Virus record (IMG/VR): IMGVR_UViG_3300020220_004906
Span: 11,463-75,462 of that record
DNA: 64,000 nucleotides
Direction: 5' to 3' (one strand)
Source of the DNA: a virus
A model generated the notes under the pieces. The model was given only the letters and a program-made list of their open reading frames with translations. It was not told the DNA's origin and ran no database searches. Shown here one piece after another: positions 26,947-36,704 of this stretch. Within the stretch, counting starts at the first letter, position 1. Every line of letters starts with the position of its first letter. The translations under genes and the position numbers were made by a program.

Positions 26947-28662
26947 TCACAACATCTCATACTTTTTGATCCAATCTTGCATGACCCAGGCTGGAACCAG
27001 AGCTTTGCTTGCCTTTTGGCTTACCGTTATCCTATCCAGTCTTGATTTCTCTCCGACACAGCTAGTATAAAACTTTTTTAAATTGTTATCAATGCCCATG
27101 GCCAGCCACTGTCCGATTGGCACAGTCCAACCTGTCTTTTGTTTCGTAATTATTGCATCTGGCAGTAATCCTTTGTAGGCAATTTTGGTCAATAACTTTG
27201 TCTCGTGTTTATTTTTTCCTATCTTGTGACTGGTTGGTATGTCCAGGCAATATTGCATGAACATTTTTGTGGTCAAAGGAAATCTCCCCTCCATGCCAAA
27301 CGCCATGCCGTATTTGTCGTTCCTAGAGAAGAATTCATTTGGTGCTTGTGCCACACAATCAAGGGCCATATAAGATGCTACGGGATCCACAGGATTCCAT
27401 AAGGTGTCAGGATACAACTTTATTAACTCTTCTCTCAACACCGCGGCCGGCAGAGTCGGCACTCCCACCACTAGTGGTCTTTTTATTCTTTGTAACCATT
27501 TGTCTATTATGTCTCCCCATGAACGGAACTTTTCATCTTTCATTTTCCAATACTTGGGATATCCTCCCAGTATCTCATCGCCCATGTCTCCCGCCATGGT
27601 TATGACGGTGCCGGCCTCCGACAATTTGCGATTGGTATGATAATACATGCTCATGCTGGGGTTGTAGACAGGTTGTTCCATGTAGTAGATGCTGTCTTTC
27701 CATGCCGCGATGACATCGTTGGGTGTGATAATAACTTCGGTGTGATTGAATTTTTCTTGCACAGCTAAAATTTTTGCACAGGCGGCATCACTGTTGTAAT
27801 CTTCATCGGTCACGACATTGGGCTGCATTTTATTAGTGAATGTGTTCACAGCTCCATGTATCTTCATCATCTCATATGCTACCACGCTGCTATCCAACCC
27901 ACCGCTGAGGAATACCCCCATCTGTCTTCGTCCTATGCTTGACATCTGCACAGTCTTTCTCACACGATCTCTGAACTCCGCGGGATCAAAGGATCGATTA
28001 GATCTTGGAGTGATGTAAATTCTTTCTGATGATTTTATTCTTTTTCTTGCACAGTCATATGTGATTGTTTCTCCCGGCATCAGTTGTTTTATGTTGGAGA
28101 AGAATGTGTTCCTGGTGGCATTGATGCCGGTGAGGCTCATGCAGCTGATCGCCAACTGATCTATCTTCCTGGAGTTGGGCACCTGATCCAGCATGCCTTT
28201 TATTTCTGAACCAAATATTAATCCCTCCGCGGTTTCAGCATAGTATAGAGGTTTGATGCCAGCATGATCTCTACTCAATATCAGTTGCTTTGACTGGGTG
28301 TTGTAATAGGCAAAGGCATGCATGCTGTCAATCTCTTCAACAAATTTTTCACCATGGTGATCCAATCCCCATGCTAACAATTCTGTATCACATGTGGTAC
28401 GGGGTTTAAAAGCTGTGTATTTTTTTATCAAATCAAAATAATTAAAAATCTCTCCATTATATATTAATATGTTGCCTCTCTCAGTGTGCCATGGCTGATG
28501 CGACACTTGTGGCTGATCGGTTATGCTTAAAAGATTATGTCCTAGAGTGACAGAATCATCATTCCAAATATCCTGTCCATCTGGTCCTCGATGTTCGCAG
28601 ATTTTTATATACTTTTCTATAAAGTCTCTATCTCGTTTGGTTATGCCATATATGCCACACAT
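26947..28662 (-). CDS. asnB: Asparagine synthase (glutamine-hydrolysing)-family amidotransferase
   Basis: MCGI Ntn Cys, HRGPD, NGEIFN, LSGGLDSS, GDEILGGY. Confidence 0.9.
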   Translation of the reverse strand: MCGIYGITKRDRDFIEKYIKICEHRGPDGQDIWNDDSVTLGHNLLSITDQPQVSHQPWHTERGNILIYNGEIFNYFDLIKKYTAFKPRTTCDTELLAWGLDHHGEKFVEEIDSMHAFAYYNTQSKQLILSRDHAGIKPLYYAETAEGLIFGSEIKGMLDQVPNSRKIDQLAISCMSLTGINATRNTFFSNIKQLMPGETITYDCARKRIKSSERIYITPRSNRSFDPAEFRDRVRKTVQMSSIGRRQMGVFLSGGLDSSVVAYEMMKIHGAVNTFTNKMQPNVVTDEDYNSDAACAKILAVQEKFNHTEVIITPNDVIAAWKDSIYYMEQPVYNPSMSMYYHTNRKLSEAGTVITMAGDMGDEILGGYPKYWKMKDEKFRSWGDIIDKWLQRIKRPLVVGVPTLPAAVLREELIKLYPDTLWNPVDPVASYMALDCVAQAPNEFFSRNDKYGMAFGMEGRFPLTTKMFMQYCLDIPTSHKIGKNKHETKLLTKIAYKGLLPDAIITKQKTGWTVPIGQWLAMGIDNNLKKFYTSCVGEKSRLDRITVSQKASKALVPAWVMQDWIKKYEML

Positions 28663-28663
28663 G

Positions 28664-29647
28664 CTATAATCCTAATCTATGTTTAAATCTACGAAACACT
28701 GTGCCATTAGATATCTCTTCCGTGGTCCACATTTTATATCCTATGTCATTTAACCATTGTGACCTATCAGGCAATACTGGTGATTCTATTTTGGTCAAGT
28801 CTTGGTTTGCCACAGGCCAGCATATTGCCAAATCTGACGTGCAGAAAGTAGGTATGCCTCTCACACAACTGTCTGTGCTAGCGGTGGAGTTGTGGGTGAC
28901 CACAGCATGACAATTGGCAATCGCTTCTTGAAAATTAAATCTATAGAATTTTTTATTATCTCCCGTAAAAAACTTAGGGCCTATAACTAATTCCACGTCC
29001 CCGGGAAATTCTTTTGCCCTGTCTGCTATCGCTGCCATATGATTAGGATGAGGCCTCACTAAAAATTTCCTGTGAGTCAATTTCCTCAGTGTGTCATAGA
29101 CTCCATTGAACCAATCGATCGGATCTAGCTCGTTCATGCTCCAGTTATCTTTGGGTTGTAGAACAAACAGTATCGGATCTTCGGGATTGGACTTCCTCCA
29201 GGGATCATTTTTAATATTCCATAAACTTTTCATCATTTCCCAACGATCTGGTGGAGAGTTGTCTGATAGGAAGTCGCCATTGTTCATGGGAGAATATAGA
29301 GCCACTCTCCAATGGTGATGAGGATGATCCACTGTGTTTCCAAAACTGCTCAGCAAACCACCATCAAATGTAATAATATAGATGCCTTTCTTTTTGGCAC
29401 GTTCCACAAGGTCCCTCCTTCTGCCCTTGGTGTGATGTATCTGTTTGTCACCACCATACCCAAACATGCAACCAATTGGAGCAGTGGGTTCCATCTCGTC
29501 TTGGCGCCAATTTCCTGTGAGATTTTCGTTCACAATCACGGGTTCGTCGCCGGATTTTTTTATACCCTCGGCCATGTGTTGCAATAATTCCCAGCTGGCT
29601 CCTCGACGTCTATCTTTCACTGTTCTTCTAAATATTTCAACTTTCAT
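28664..29647 (-). CDS. KpsS/KpsC-like glycosyltransferase
   Basis: LQPKD, VRPHP, VTHNSTA..GIPTF. Confidence 0.6.
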   Translation of the reverse strand: MKVEIFRRTVKDRRRGASWELLQHMAEGIKKSGDEPVIVNENLTGNWRQDEMEPTAPIGCMFGYGGDKQIHHTKGRRRDLVERAKKKGIYIITFDGGLLSSFGNTVDHPHHHWRVALYSPMNNGDFLSDNSPPDRWEMMKSLWNIKNDPWRKSNPEDPILFVLQPKDNWSMNELDPIDWFNGVYDTLRKLTHRKFLVRPHPNHMAAIADRAKEFPGDVELVIGPKFFTGDNKKFYRFNFQEAIANCHAVVTHNSTASTDSCVRGIPTFCTSDLAICWPVANQDLTKIESPVLPDRSQWLNDIGYKMWTTEEISNGTVFRRFKHRLGL

Positions 29648-30452
29648 CTAATATGCTCCATGCGTACCCATTTTGAATTTCTTCTTTTGTAAATTGTCCG
29701 TATGCCAAAGAATGATAGCAGGGCTCTCTATCCGCATACCTGGGCGTTTCTATCTTTGAGAAATCTAATTCTGCTATAGGAGCACATGAGTTCATTATGT
29801 CCGTAAACACGGGCACGCCTCTCGCTGTGGCTTCTATGGTTATGTTACTGTTAAATGCCACAATGGCATAAGTGTCATTCCAATCGATTGGTGTGGCAGT
29901 GTCCTCATTGTCGTTTGGGCCAGGCATCAGTCGACCGAACTCATCTATTTTGCTATCGGGATTATATCCTTTATTTCTCACAACTATGTCTCGATCTGTA
30001 TTAGCTCTTAAAATTTCTAAAGTTTTAGATAGCCAACCTTCCTGTTCGAACATGACCGCTATGCTGTGCGTGGGAGGGCATACTACAATTTTTTTTCCAT
30101 TCTTCTTCCATGGTTCGATCTTAAATGGGAAATATTTTTGAAAACGATCATCAGGCCTAGATTCTAAATAATTTTTTGCGTGATGGTTCTTGGTTATCCT
30201 CATGAGGTAAGGTTCGCTTCGGCTCATCCCCCAATAAGGTCGGTCAATGAAATAGAAATCTATCTTGTTTTTGATAGCCCAATGATATACCATGTTGGTA
30301 CCCCTTAATATACCCATCAATATGACCTTGTCGGCATCTCTCTGCCGAAGTACTTGATCATATGGTAAAATTTTTGATCCTGGTAAACCCTGTTGGGCCC
30401 AACTTATGTATTTCTCTGTAGTGGGTCTATCAGTCTTGCTCAGATATATCAT
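29637..30452 (-). CDS. KpsS/KpsC-like glycosyltransferase paralogue
   Basis: DRPYW, VAFNSNITIEA..GVPVF, LAYGQFT. Confidence 0.55.
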   Translation of the reverse strand: MIYLSKTDRPTTEKYISWAQQGLPGSKILPYDQVLRQRDADKVILMGILRGTNMVYHWAIKNKIDFYFIDRPYWGMSRSEPYLMRITKNHHAKNYLESRPDDRFQKYFPFKIEPWKKNGKKIVVCPPTHSIAVMFEQEGWLSKTLEILRANTDRDIVVRNKGYNPDSKIDEFGRLMPGPNDNEDTATPIDWNDTYAIVAFNSNITIEATARGVPVFTDIMNSCAPIAELDFSKIETPRYADREPCYHSLAYGQFTKEEIQNGYAWSILDES

Positions 30453-30467
30453 TTGTTATTAATTATT

Positions 30468-31550
30468 CTATTTTTGCACCTGATTAATCAATTCAAATAG
30501 AGCGGACGTGTTTACGGTGATGTCATTGAAATCTTTTTTTCTTTTTACTCCTTTGGGTTTATCTCCTGCTATTGTCACTTTTTCACCCAATAATACATGG
30601 TGGGATAATCCCAAATGATGGCTTAAAACAGGATAGACTTTTTTATCTAATAATTCCTTTTGACTTATTTCTATGATTTTTGTTCCTGCCTGGCACCATA
30701 ATAGATTGGCTAATCCAGCTCCGTGTGTAGATATTACATGACTAGCTCCTGAAAAAAGTTCTATCTGTTTTTGGGTTATCATTCCAGATAGAGTAACGGT
30801 TTCCCAACCTTGCAGAGCCATGAACACTTCCTCGGCATTAATCAATTTCCTCGCGGGGGCATCCTCCCTGCTGATAAAAATTTTTCTTGTAGGCTCTATT
30901 TTCTGGCCAAATTTATGGCGGAGCCACTTTGGCATTTCTGGCACAGTCACGCCATCCTCATGATTGCTCATGGATGGCACCAAAAGATGCGCAAATTTCC
31001 ATGTTGTGTTTTTGGGCATCACGTAATATCTAAGTTCAGGAAATAATTCTCCGGCCACACGATCGAAATATTCACTGGAGTTGCTCAACACATAGATAAA
31101 ATCCGTATATTTGTGGCTGAATTTTTTTTCCATCAATCTAAACTTTGATATCACGTCGATCCAGATGTGCCAGGCGTTGTTGGCGCTGAGCTCATCGATG
31201 GGCAACCACACGTATTTGTACTCTTCCTCAAATTTTTTGGCGGGAGCAGATAGAGATATATCTATGTTCTCTCCCCATGCACTCCATAGCCCATGTGTCT
31301 TCTTTGGTTTGTATTTTGTATTATGCAATAGGGGCCATATGTGTGAGGTAATGAGATGATTTTCATTTGTTATCAACAAGGGTAAACTGTGTGTTGTACA
31401 GTCATGGAACTCAGCCATAAACGTGGGATTGGTGATAAAAGTTTTTCGAGGAGCATCAATATGATAATCAACGGTGTATTGATATGGTGCATCTAGTATA
31501 TCAAACCGTTCTATGAAGTATTGTATAGCTGATATATTTTTTACAATCAT
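30468..31550 (-). CDS. GT61 glycosyltransferase
   Basis: WH, IFISR..RKLIN, QIELF..HGAGLANLLW. Confidence 0.85.
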   Translation of the reverse strand: MIVKNISAIQYFIERFDILDAPYQYTVDYHIDAPRKTFITNPTFMAEFHDCTTHSLPLLITNENHLITSHIWPLLHNTKYKPKKTHGLWSAWGENIDISLSAPAKKFEEEYKYVWLPIDELSANNAWHIWIDVISKFRLMEKKFSHKYTDFIYVLSNSSEYFDRVAGELFPELRYYVMPKNTTWKFAHLLVPSMSNHEDGVTVPEMPKWLRHKFGQKIEPTRKIFISREDAPARKLINAEEVFMALQGWETVTLSGMITQKQIELFSGASHVISTHGAGLANLLWCQAGTKIIEISQKELLDKKVYPVLSHHLGLSHHVLLGEKVTIAGDKPKGVKRKKDFNDITVNTSALFELINQVQK

Positions 31551-31584
31551 TGTTTTTTCTATAATTATACTATATTATACATGA

Positions 31585-32250
31585 ATGTCCAAATTGTTTT
31601 CCAATGGTTGTAGTTTCTTATGCAGGAGGCCCAAAGACAATGTTGATACGTTTGTTGCAGAAGAATTAGCCCAACATTACAATTTGCAATTAACGAATCT
31701 GGCCATGGGTGGGCGGGGCAATGATCGTATCAGTTTTACCACCAAGGTTTGGTTTGAGCAGAATGGCACCAAGGATGTATTTGCCATTATAGGATGGAGC
31801 AGTATGCATAGGAATGACTACGTAACCAATGATGGTTGGAAGGCAGGAAGAGTCAAAGGATCGGAGCTGACGTGGCGCACCTGGAAAACGCTGGATAATG
31901 TCAGCTTCCTGATAAAGAATACTGGCTGGGATATAGATAACAATGCAATCATGAACTTTTTAGACAATGTGTTCGACATCCAAAATTATTTTGAAAGAAA
32001 AAATATACCCTATGTGATGTACAATGCAATGCCAAATAGCTTTGACACCGATGTATCTGATTTCAAAATCATACGAGATTCCATCAATATGCGAAGATTT
32101 TTCTCTCCGCAGATATCACACTTTGAATATGTGGTTGAAAAAAATTTGTTTGTAAGTCCACAAGATCCCCACCCCAGCACAGAGGGACACCGACAATGGG
32201 CAAAACTTTTACAAGAATTTATAGATGCTAACAATTTACGCACCATCTGA
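31585..32250 (+). CDS. SGNH-fold protein
   Basis: NGCSF, NLAMGGRGN, DPHP..GH. Confidence 0.7.
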   Translation: MSKLFSNGCSFLCRRPKDNVDTFVAEELAQHYNLQLTNLAMGGRGNDRISFTTKVWFEQNGTKDVFAIIGWSSMHRNDYVTNDGWKAGRVKGSELTWRTWKTLDNVSFLIKNTGWDIDNNAIMNFLDNVFDIQNYFERKNIPYVMYNAMPNSFDTDVSDFKIIRDSINMRRFFSPQISHFEYVVEKNLFVSPQDPHPSTEGHRQWAKLLQEFIDANNLRTI

Positions 32251-33037
32251 TAGTCCCAAGAGTAAATGCTGGGAAGTGTTTAAAGGAATACAAAGAACCT
32301 GGCCCGAGAAAACAGAAATAAAAAATAATCTGGACACAGATGCTAAATCTCCTGCTATGTTTTGGGGATTTATTAATAACAATATTAATCTTGTGCATCA
32401 ATTAGAGCAACAGCGATCTGAGTATTGGTACACAGACACACCTTATTTTGGGAGATTTAACAATTCAAACTTAAAGAATGATAATCACTACTGGAGAATT
32501 TGTAAGAATCAGATACATGCTAAATTTATAAGAGATTGTCCTTCGGATAGGTTTGATAAATTTAACTTACCAATAAAAACAAGAAATAAAAATCAAGGAG
32601 AATATATTCTTATCTGCCCCAGCAGTCTAGGTATACACAAATATCTTAAAAAAACCAATTGGACCAACAACACTGTCAATGAGATAAAAAAATATACCGA
32701 TCGACCCATTAAGATAAGAGAAAAACCCCGGAAGGCCGGAACGTCTGGTCCTAGTGTGGCTGCAGTATCTTTGGAGCATGATCTGCGCAATGCTTGGGCT
32801 TGCGTGACCAGTTGCAGTATCAGCGCAGTTGAGGCAGCGTTGGAAGGGGTTCCGATATTCAGTGATACAAAGAGTTTTGCTTGGATCATGTCATCGCCGG
32901 GACTGTCGGAAATAGAAGATCCTTTTTACACTGATCCATCTAAATGGCTGTATTCCTTGGCTTATCAACAGTTTACGCCCGAGGAATTTGAAAATGGTAT
33001 GGCAGTCAGCATATTAAAAAACTTAAATATTTTATAA
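32225..33037 (+). CDS. KpsS/KpsC-like glycosyltransferase paralogue
   Basis: DTPYF, VTSCSISAVEA..GVPIF, LAYQQFT. Confidence 0.55.
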   Translation: MLTIYAPSDSPKSKCWEVFKGIQRTWPEKTEIKNNLDTDAKSPAMFWGFINNNINLVHQLEQQRSEYWYTDTPYFGRFNNSNLKNDNHYWRICKNQIHAKFIRDCPSDRFDKFNLPIKTRNKNQGEYILICPSSLGIHKYLKKTNWTNNTVNEIKKYTDRPIKIREKPRKAGTSGPSVAAVSLEHDLRNAWACVTSCSISAVEAALEGVPIFSDTKSFAWIMSSPGLSEIEDPFYTDPSKWLYSLAYQQFTPEEFENGMAVSILKNLNIL

Positions 33038-33732
33038 TGAAAAATTGTGTGGTACAATTCTTTATGGAGACTAAGACGTTCTCCAATCCTGATTTTGTAA
33101 ATATAAAAGTAAATCAAGAACTTTTACAATATTCAAAAAAGTCTGCCAAAATTTATGCAGACAAATGTAAAGTTGATTATATTTTAATTTCAACGCCAAG
33201 AATAAATCACGTACATCCAACATTCGAACGATTTGATTTATTTTTAAATAATGATTGGTGGGAAGAATACGATCAAATTTTATATTTAGACACCGATGTG
33301 ATTTGTTGGCCAACTGCACCCAATATTTTTGAAATGTATCCTAGAAATAATACTTTCAAGCCTTGTGTAGATAAAAGAGCTTTAAAGAGATCAATCGATT
33401 GGCATGAGGAAAGCGAAAAAAATAGCATACTAAAAGTTTTTGAGCCAAAAGTACTTAGGAATGAAAGATTTAATGCAGGGGTGTTCATGTTAAATGAGTA
33501 TTCTGCCAAAACCATTGCGCCTTTCTTAAAATTTAAAGAATATCCAGACGACGATAACAAGATTTTAGTGTACGCAACCTTAAAAAGTCAAGTTGTTGTT
33601 GAAAAAATGGATTATAGGTTTAATAAAAAAAATGGTGGTCCAAAGTGTTGGTTTGGGCACGGTTATGGGCAAAAAAAATACCTGCCAGGTAATAAAATAT
33701 TAGTAGAGTCCAATAAAATATTCAAAGATTAA
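33037..33732 (+). CDS. GT8/GT34-like glycosyltransferase
   Basis: YLDTD, FNAGVF. Confidence 0.75.
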   Translation: MKNCVVQFFMETKTFSNPDFVNIKVNQELLQYSKKSAKIYADKCKVDYILISTPRINHVHPTFERFDLFLNNDWWEEYDQILYLDTDVICWPTAPNIFEMYPRNNTFKPCVDKRALKRSIDWHEESEKNSILKVFEPKVLRNERFNAGVFMLNEYSAKTIAPFLKFKEYPDDDNKILVYATLKSQVVVEKMDYRFNKKNGGPKCWFGHGYGQKKYLPGNKILVESNKIFKD

Positions 33733-34181
33733 TAGAAAAACTTTTTTATCTTTTTGTTGGTGATATCGTCAAAATAAATTTCGCAAAAGGGCCTTTGCGG
33801 CAACTGGTGCTTTCTAGCAAGCACGTTGAAAGTTTTGTCAGTTTCTATTATTAAAATTGTGTTGCTGCAGTAGTTTAATATTTTTTTATCAGTTCCATTT
33901 GCAAGCTCTATTTCTCCCCCCTTGCTCCTATCTGTGCGTTGTTGGAAAAACCAATAGCCGATATATCCGTTGATCTTTTTTGGAGTCAACATGCTGGTGA
34001 AATCATCGTGAAAGTATACTTCGACTTTCATCTCATCGGTGAATTTTCTCCAATGTTCATGCCCTATGTTATTCCATTGCTCATACAACTTGTCGTAGAT
34101 GTTTCTTGATACTAGAGCACCGGAGTAAACATGGCATATGGGTTTTCTATGACAATTGATATTGGCTATGGACCAGCTCAC
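33729..34181 (-). CDS. Hypothetical protein (possibly degenerate 2OG-Fe(II) fold)
   Basis: GGEIEL..NTILI..R beta pattern; metal ligands unclear. Confidence 0.4.
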   Translation of the reverse strand: MSWSIANINCHRKPICHVYSGALVSRNIYDKLYEQWNNIGHEHWRKFTDEMKVEVYFHDDFTSMLTPKKINGYIGYWFFQQRTDRSKGGEIELANGTDKKILNYCSNTILIIETDKTFNVLARKHQLPQRPFCEIYFDDITNKKIKKFFY

Positions 34182-34852
34182 GACGAAAAAAGATTTATAA
34201 GTTCTTTCTTCCAGACATCACCATATTCGCAGTTCCTATAATTTTCAAACCACGGACCACCTTCGGTGTAATGTAGGATCTTTGGATGCCCGTCTCTGGG
34301 TTCCTTGTACCAGCCCACAAGCCAATTGTATTCGCAAGGCATAGAGCCAATTTCAGAATCTTCTAACCAACTGAATCTGTGCAAAAATTTTCCTGTCTCT
34401 TTGTTTAATAATTCTGGAGTTAATATTTGATTTTTTGGATGGGCACAATTCCATAACACCATTGAACTCCAGTTCTTTCGGGGATAAGCAAGTTGTAATT
34501 GCCCATCCATTTTCACACCTTCTTCTGGATTGTAATCATGTTGTACACACACTACCGCTTTACTGTCATCGTAAAATTGTTCTAGCTCCATGGCATCTAT
34601 TCGCCAGACAAAATCACAGTCACAGAATACTGCCCATCCTTGATAATTCTGCAGATATGGAATAAAAAATCTTGTGAAAGTGAATTCTGTGCTGGCCAAT
34701 TTGTCGATATCTCTGGTGTAGATTCCAGACTCCCTGAGCAGTTTCATTTTTAATGGAACCACATTAACGTCCTTATTTCTCCGTTTGATCGAGTGCTCAC
34801 ACACCTGATATGATATGTCTTCTCGAGTATCATATCCTACGAATATTTTCAT
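34178..34852 (-). CDS. GT-A glycosyltransferase resembling the plant CDI family
   Basis: IFVGYD.RE, STEFTFTRF, DCDF, YPRKNWSS, HYTEGGPWF. Confidence 0.8.
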   Translation of the reverse strand: MKIFVGYDTREDISYQVCEHSIKRRNKDVNVVPLKMKLLRESGIYTRDIDKLASTEFTFTRFFIPYLQNYQGWAVFCDCDFVWRIDAMELEQFYDDSKAVVCVQHDYNPEEGVKMDGQLQLAYPRKNWSSMVLWNCAHPKNQILTPELLNKETGKFLHRFSWLEDSEIGSMPCEYNWLVGWYKEPRDGHPKILHYTEGGPWFENYRNCEYGDVWKKELINLFSS

Positions 34853-35440
34853 CTATATCCTTTTGGTAATAATCTTATATATTTGTTGCCAATTATTTAC
34901 TCTTACGATATGTTCATGTGTTAATCCTTGGTTGTAAATGTGATTATACAATAAAGGTTTCAATCCATATTCCAATCCCTTGATAGCATTGCTCCATTTG
35001 TCTTCTATCCACCATAATCCAGTATTGTGGAACTCTGCCAATGCGGAATCCTTATGATCTCCTGTCTCCAATATGAAATAGTTTGCAAACACGGTATCAC
35101 CAAATAATTCTTCCAATCTTTTTTTCCTTAATCTTTGAGCCGGTACATCAGATGTTTGTGATGTGATGGGAATAAATGTCCAACCCTCCGCATGCAGCAA
35201 TTTCACCCAAGTTTGAGAGTCCGGCATGGGAGATTGCGTGGCCATCCATGCACTCTTGTTAAATTCTCTGATCAATTCGCTGCCGTTGTCTTTGTGTATG
35301 CCATATCTAACGCTCATGTCGTATTCTGTATTTGTATTTTTTAATTCTTTATATCCTTTAGAATGCATCCATTTTTTAAAATGATCCTCCCATTCTAATA
35401 GCACGCCGTCCACATCTGTCAATATTATTTTATTAAGCAT
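34853..35440 (-). CDS. HAD phosphatase / 5'(3')-nucleotidase-like
   Basis: DVDGVL, IEDK, YN. Confidence 0.8.
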   Translation of the reverse strand: MLNKIILTDVDGVLLEWEDHFKKWMHSKGYKELKNTNTEYDMSVRYGIHKDNGSELIREFNKSAWMATQSPMPDSQTWVKLLHAEGWTFIPITSQTSDVPAQRLRKKRLEELFGDTVFANYFILETGDHKDSALAEFHNTGLWWIEDKWSNAIKGLEYGLKPLLYNHIYNQGLTHEHIVRVNNWQQIYKIITKRI

Positions 35441-36014
35441 GTATTTTTTTCAACATAAATGATTTGAAATTATCTTCATTTGTGATGCCTATGAATTCAA
35501 ATTTATTTTTACAAACATATTCTTCTACTGCGCGATTGACTCCAAATATCACTCCATGTTTTTTTTTCGGTTTAGTCGTCCAATCATGTCCGCATATAAA
35601 TCCACCTAGTTTAATTTTTTCTCCCCATTCGATCAAATCCTTTGATACTCCTTCATAACTGTGATCCGCATCTATGTAAATCCAGTCGAGACTGTTATTC
35701 TCAAATAATTTGCTGGCATCTACGCTAGATTCTCTGATAATTTCCACCTCTAAATATTTTTGGAATTTTTTTCTTACATCATTATAATTTTTTTCCTGCC
35801 TTAGTGTTTCTTCTTGATTACGAAATTTTCCTGTCATGACATCAATCCAGCTGTCAATAAGGTAAAGTTTTTTTGGTCTCACTGCCGATAATATAAGTTC
35901 TGAAAAACGCCCGTGCTCAACTCCAAGTTCGGCTCCGATAGAATCTTTTGGCAAAAACTCTAATAGGCCCTGCCTGTCAAATGGTAAAATTTTTATGTTA
36001 TCTGATAGTGGCAT
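35433..36014 (-). CDS. SAM-dependent methyltransferase (Methyltransf_24-like)
   Basis: ELGVEHG, YIDADHSY, GHDW. Confidence 0.82.
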   Translation of the reverse strand: MPLSDNIKILPFDRQGLLEFLPKDSIGAELGVEHGRFSELILSAVRPKKLYLIDSWIDVMTGKFRNQEETLRQEKNYNDVRKKFQKYLEVEIIRESSVDASKLFENNSLDWIYIDADHSYEGVSKDLIEWGEKIKLGGFICGHDWTTKPKKKHGVIFGVNRAVEEYVCKNKFEFIGITNEDNFKSFMLKKIHA

Positions 36015-36456
36015 CTTCCATACCCGCCACTCGTAGTTTGACTATGTTGGTCAATTGCCATTGTTTTTGGTCCAGTCCCTTCGTTATACCCAACCACTTG
36101 TTTCTCAGCAGAGCGAACTCATTGATTATTTTTTCCATATCCACGACATCTGATTCACCATCCACGTACTTGTCGGCATCTCGAGAAGTCAGTGCCCTGT
36201 TGTAGTTTTCTAGGAACTTTTTAAATGTCTTTGACCTCAATCTTCTATTTTCAATGTGTAGATACTCTAATATGGCTTCGATTTCTTGCAATTGATTGAA
36301 TCTTTGCTCCACTACTCCTGGCAATGATGCTGCAGATTTTTCCAGACTGCCAAAAATATATATCTCTTTACGTGCTGTTTCCAATTCTTGCTCAAAGAAC
36401 TTGATGCAGTCTGGTATTAAACTAATATCTTGGCTGACTTTTGTATACCAACTCAT
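35998..36456 (-). CDS. uvsY: Recombination mediator UvsY
   Basis: Helical 152 aa, KYVDGE..KLRVAG C-terminus, next to uvsX. Confidence 0.7.
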   Translation of the reverse strand: MSWYTKVSQDISLIPDCIKFFEQELETARKEIYIFGSLEKSAASLPGVVEQRFNQLQEIEAILEYLHIENRRLRSKTFKKFLENYNRALTSRDADKYVDGESDVVDMEKIINEFALLRNKWLGITKGLDQKQWQLTNIVKLRVAGMEDATIR

Positions 36457-36683
36457 TATTCCTCGTAGTCTTCCTCATCTTCTTCTTCGAAAACAGTTTC
36501 TATCGCTTCTTCTAACTTGTCGTCGTATTCTCCCGCTGCCTTTATCGTCTTAGTGGATATGCCCACATCAACCAACGTCTTTATAAAGTCAACAGCGCAG
36601 TCCACTTTCTGCCTGTCGGGAACGTAATGGCTGATGGAACCCCATATCTGTTCTATGTCTTCATGCGTGAGTTCTTGCATCAA
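36456..36683 (-). CDS. Small acidic hypothetical protein
   Basis: ORF between uvsX and uvsY. Confidence 0.6.
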   Translation of the reverse strand: MMQELTHEDIEQIWGSISHYVPDRQKVDCAVDFIKTLVDVGISTKTIKAAGEYDDKLEEAIETVFEEEDEEDYEE

Positions 36684-36704
36684 TCTTTTTTCTGCCAGAG
36701 GATT

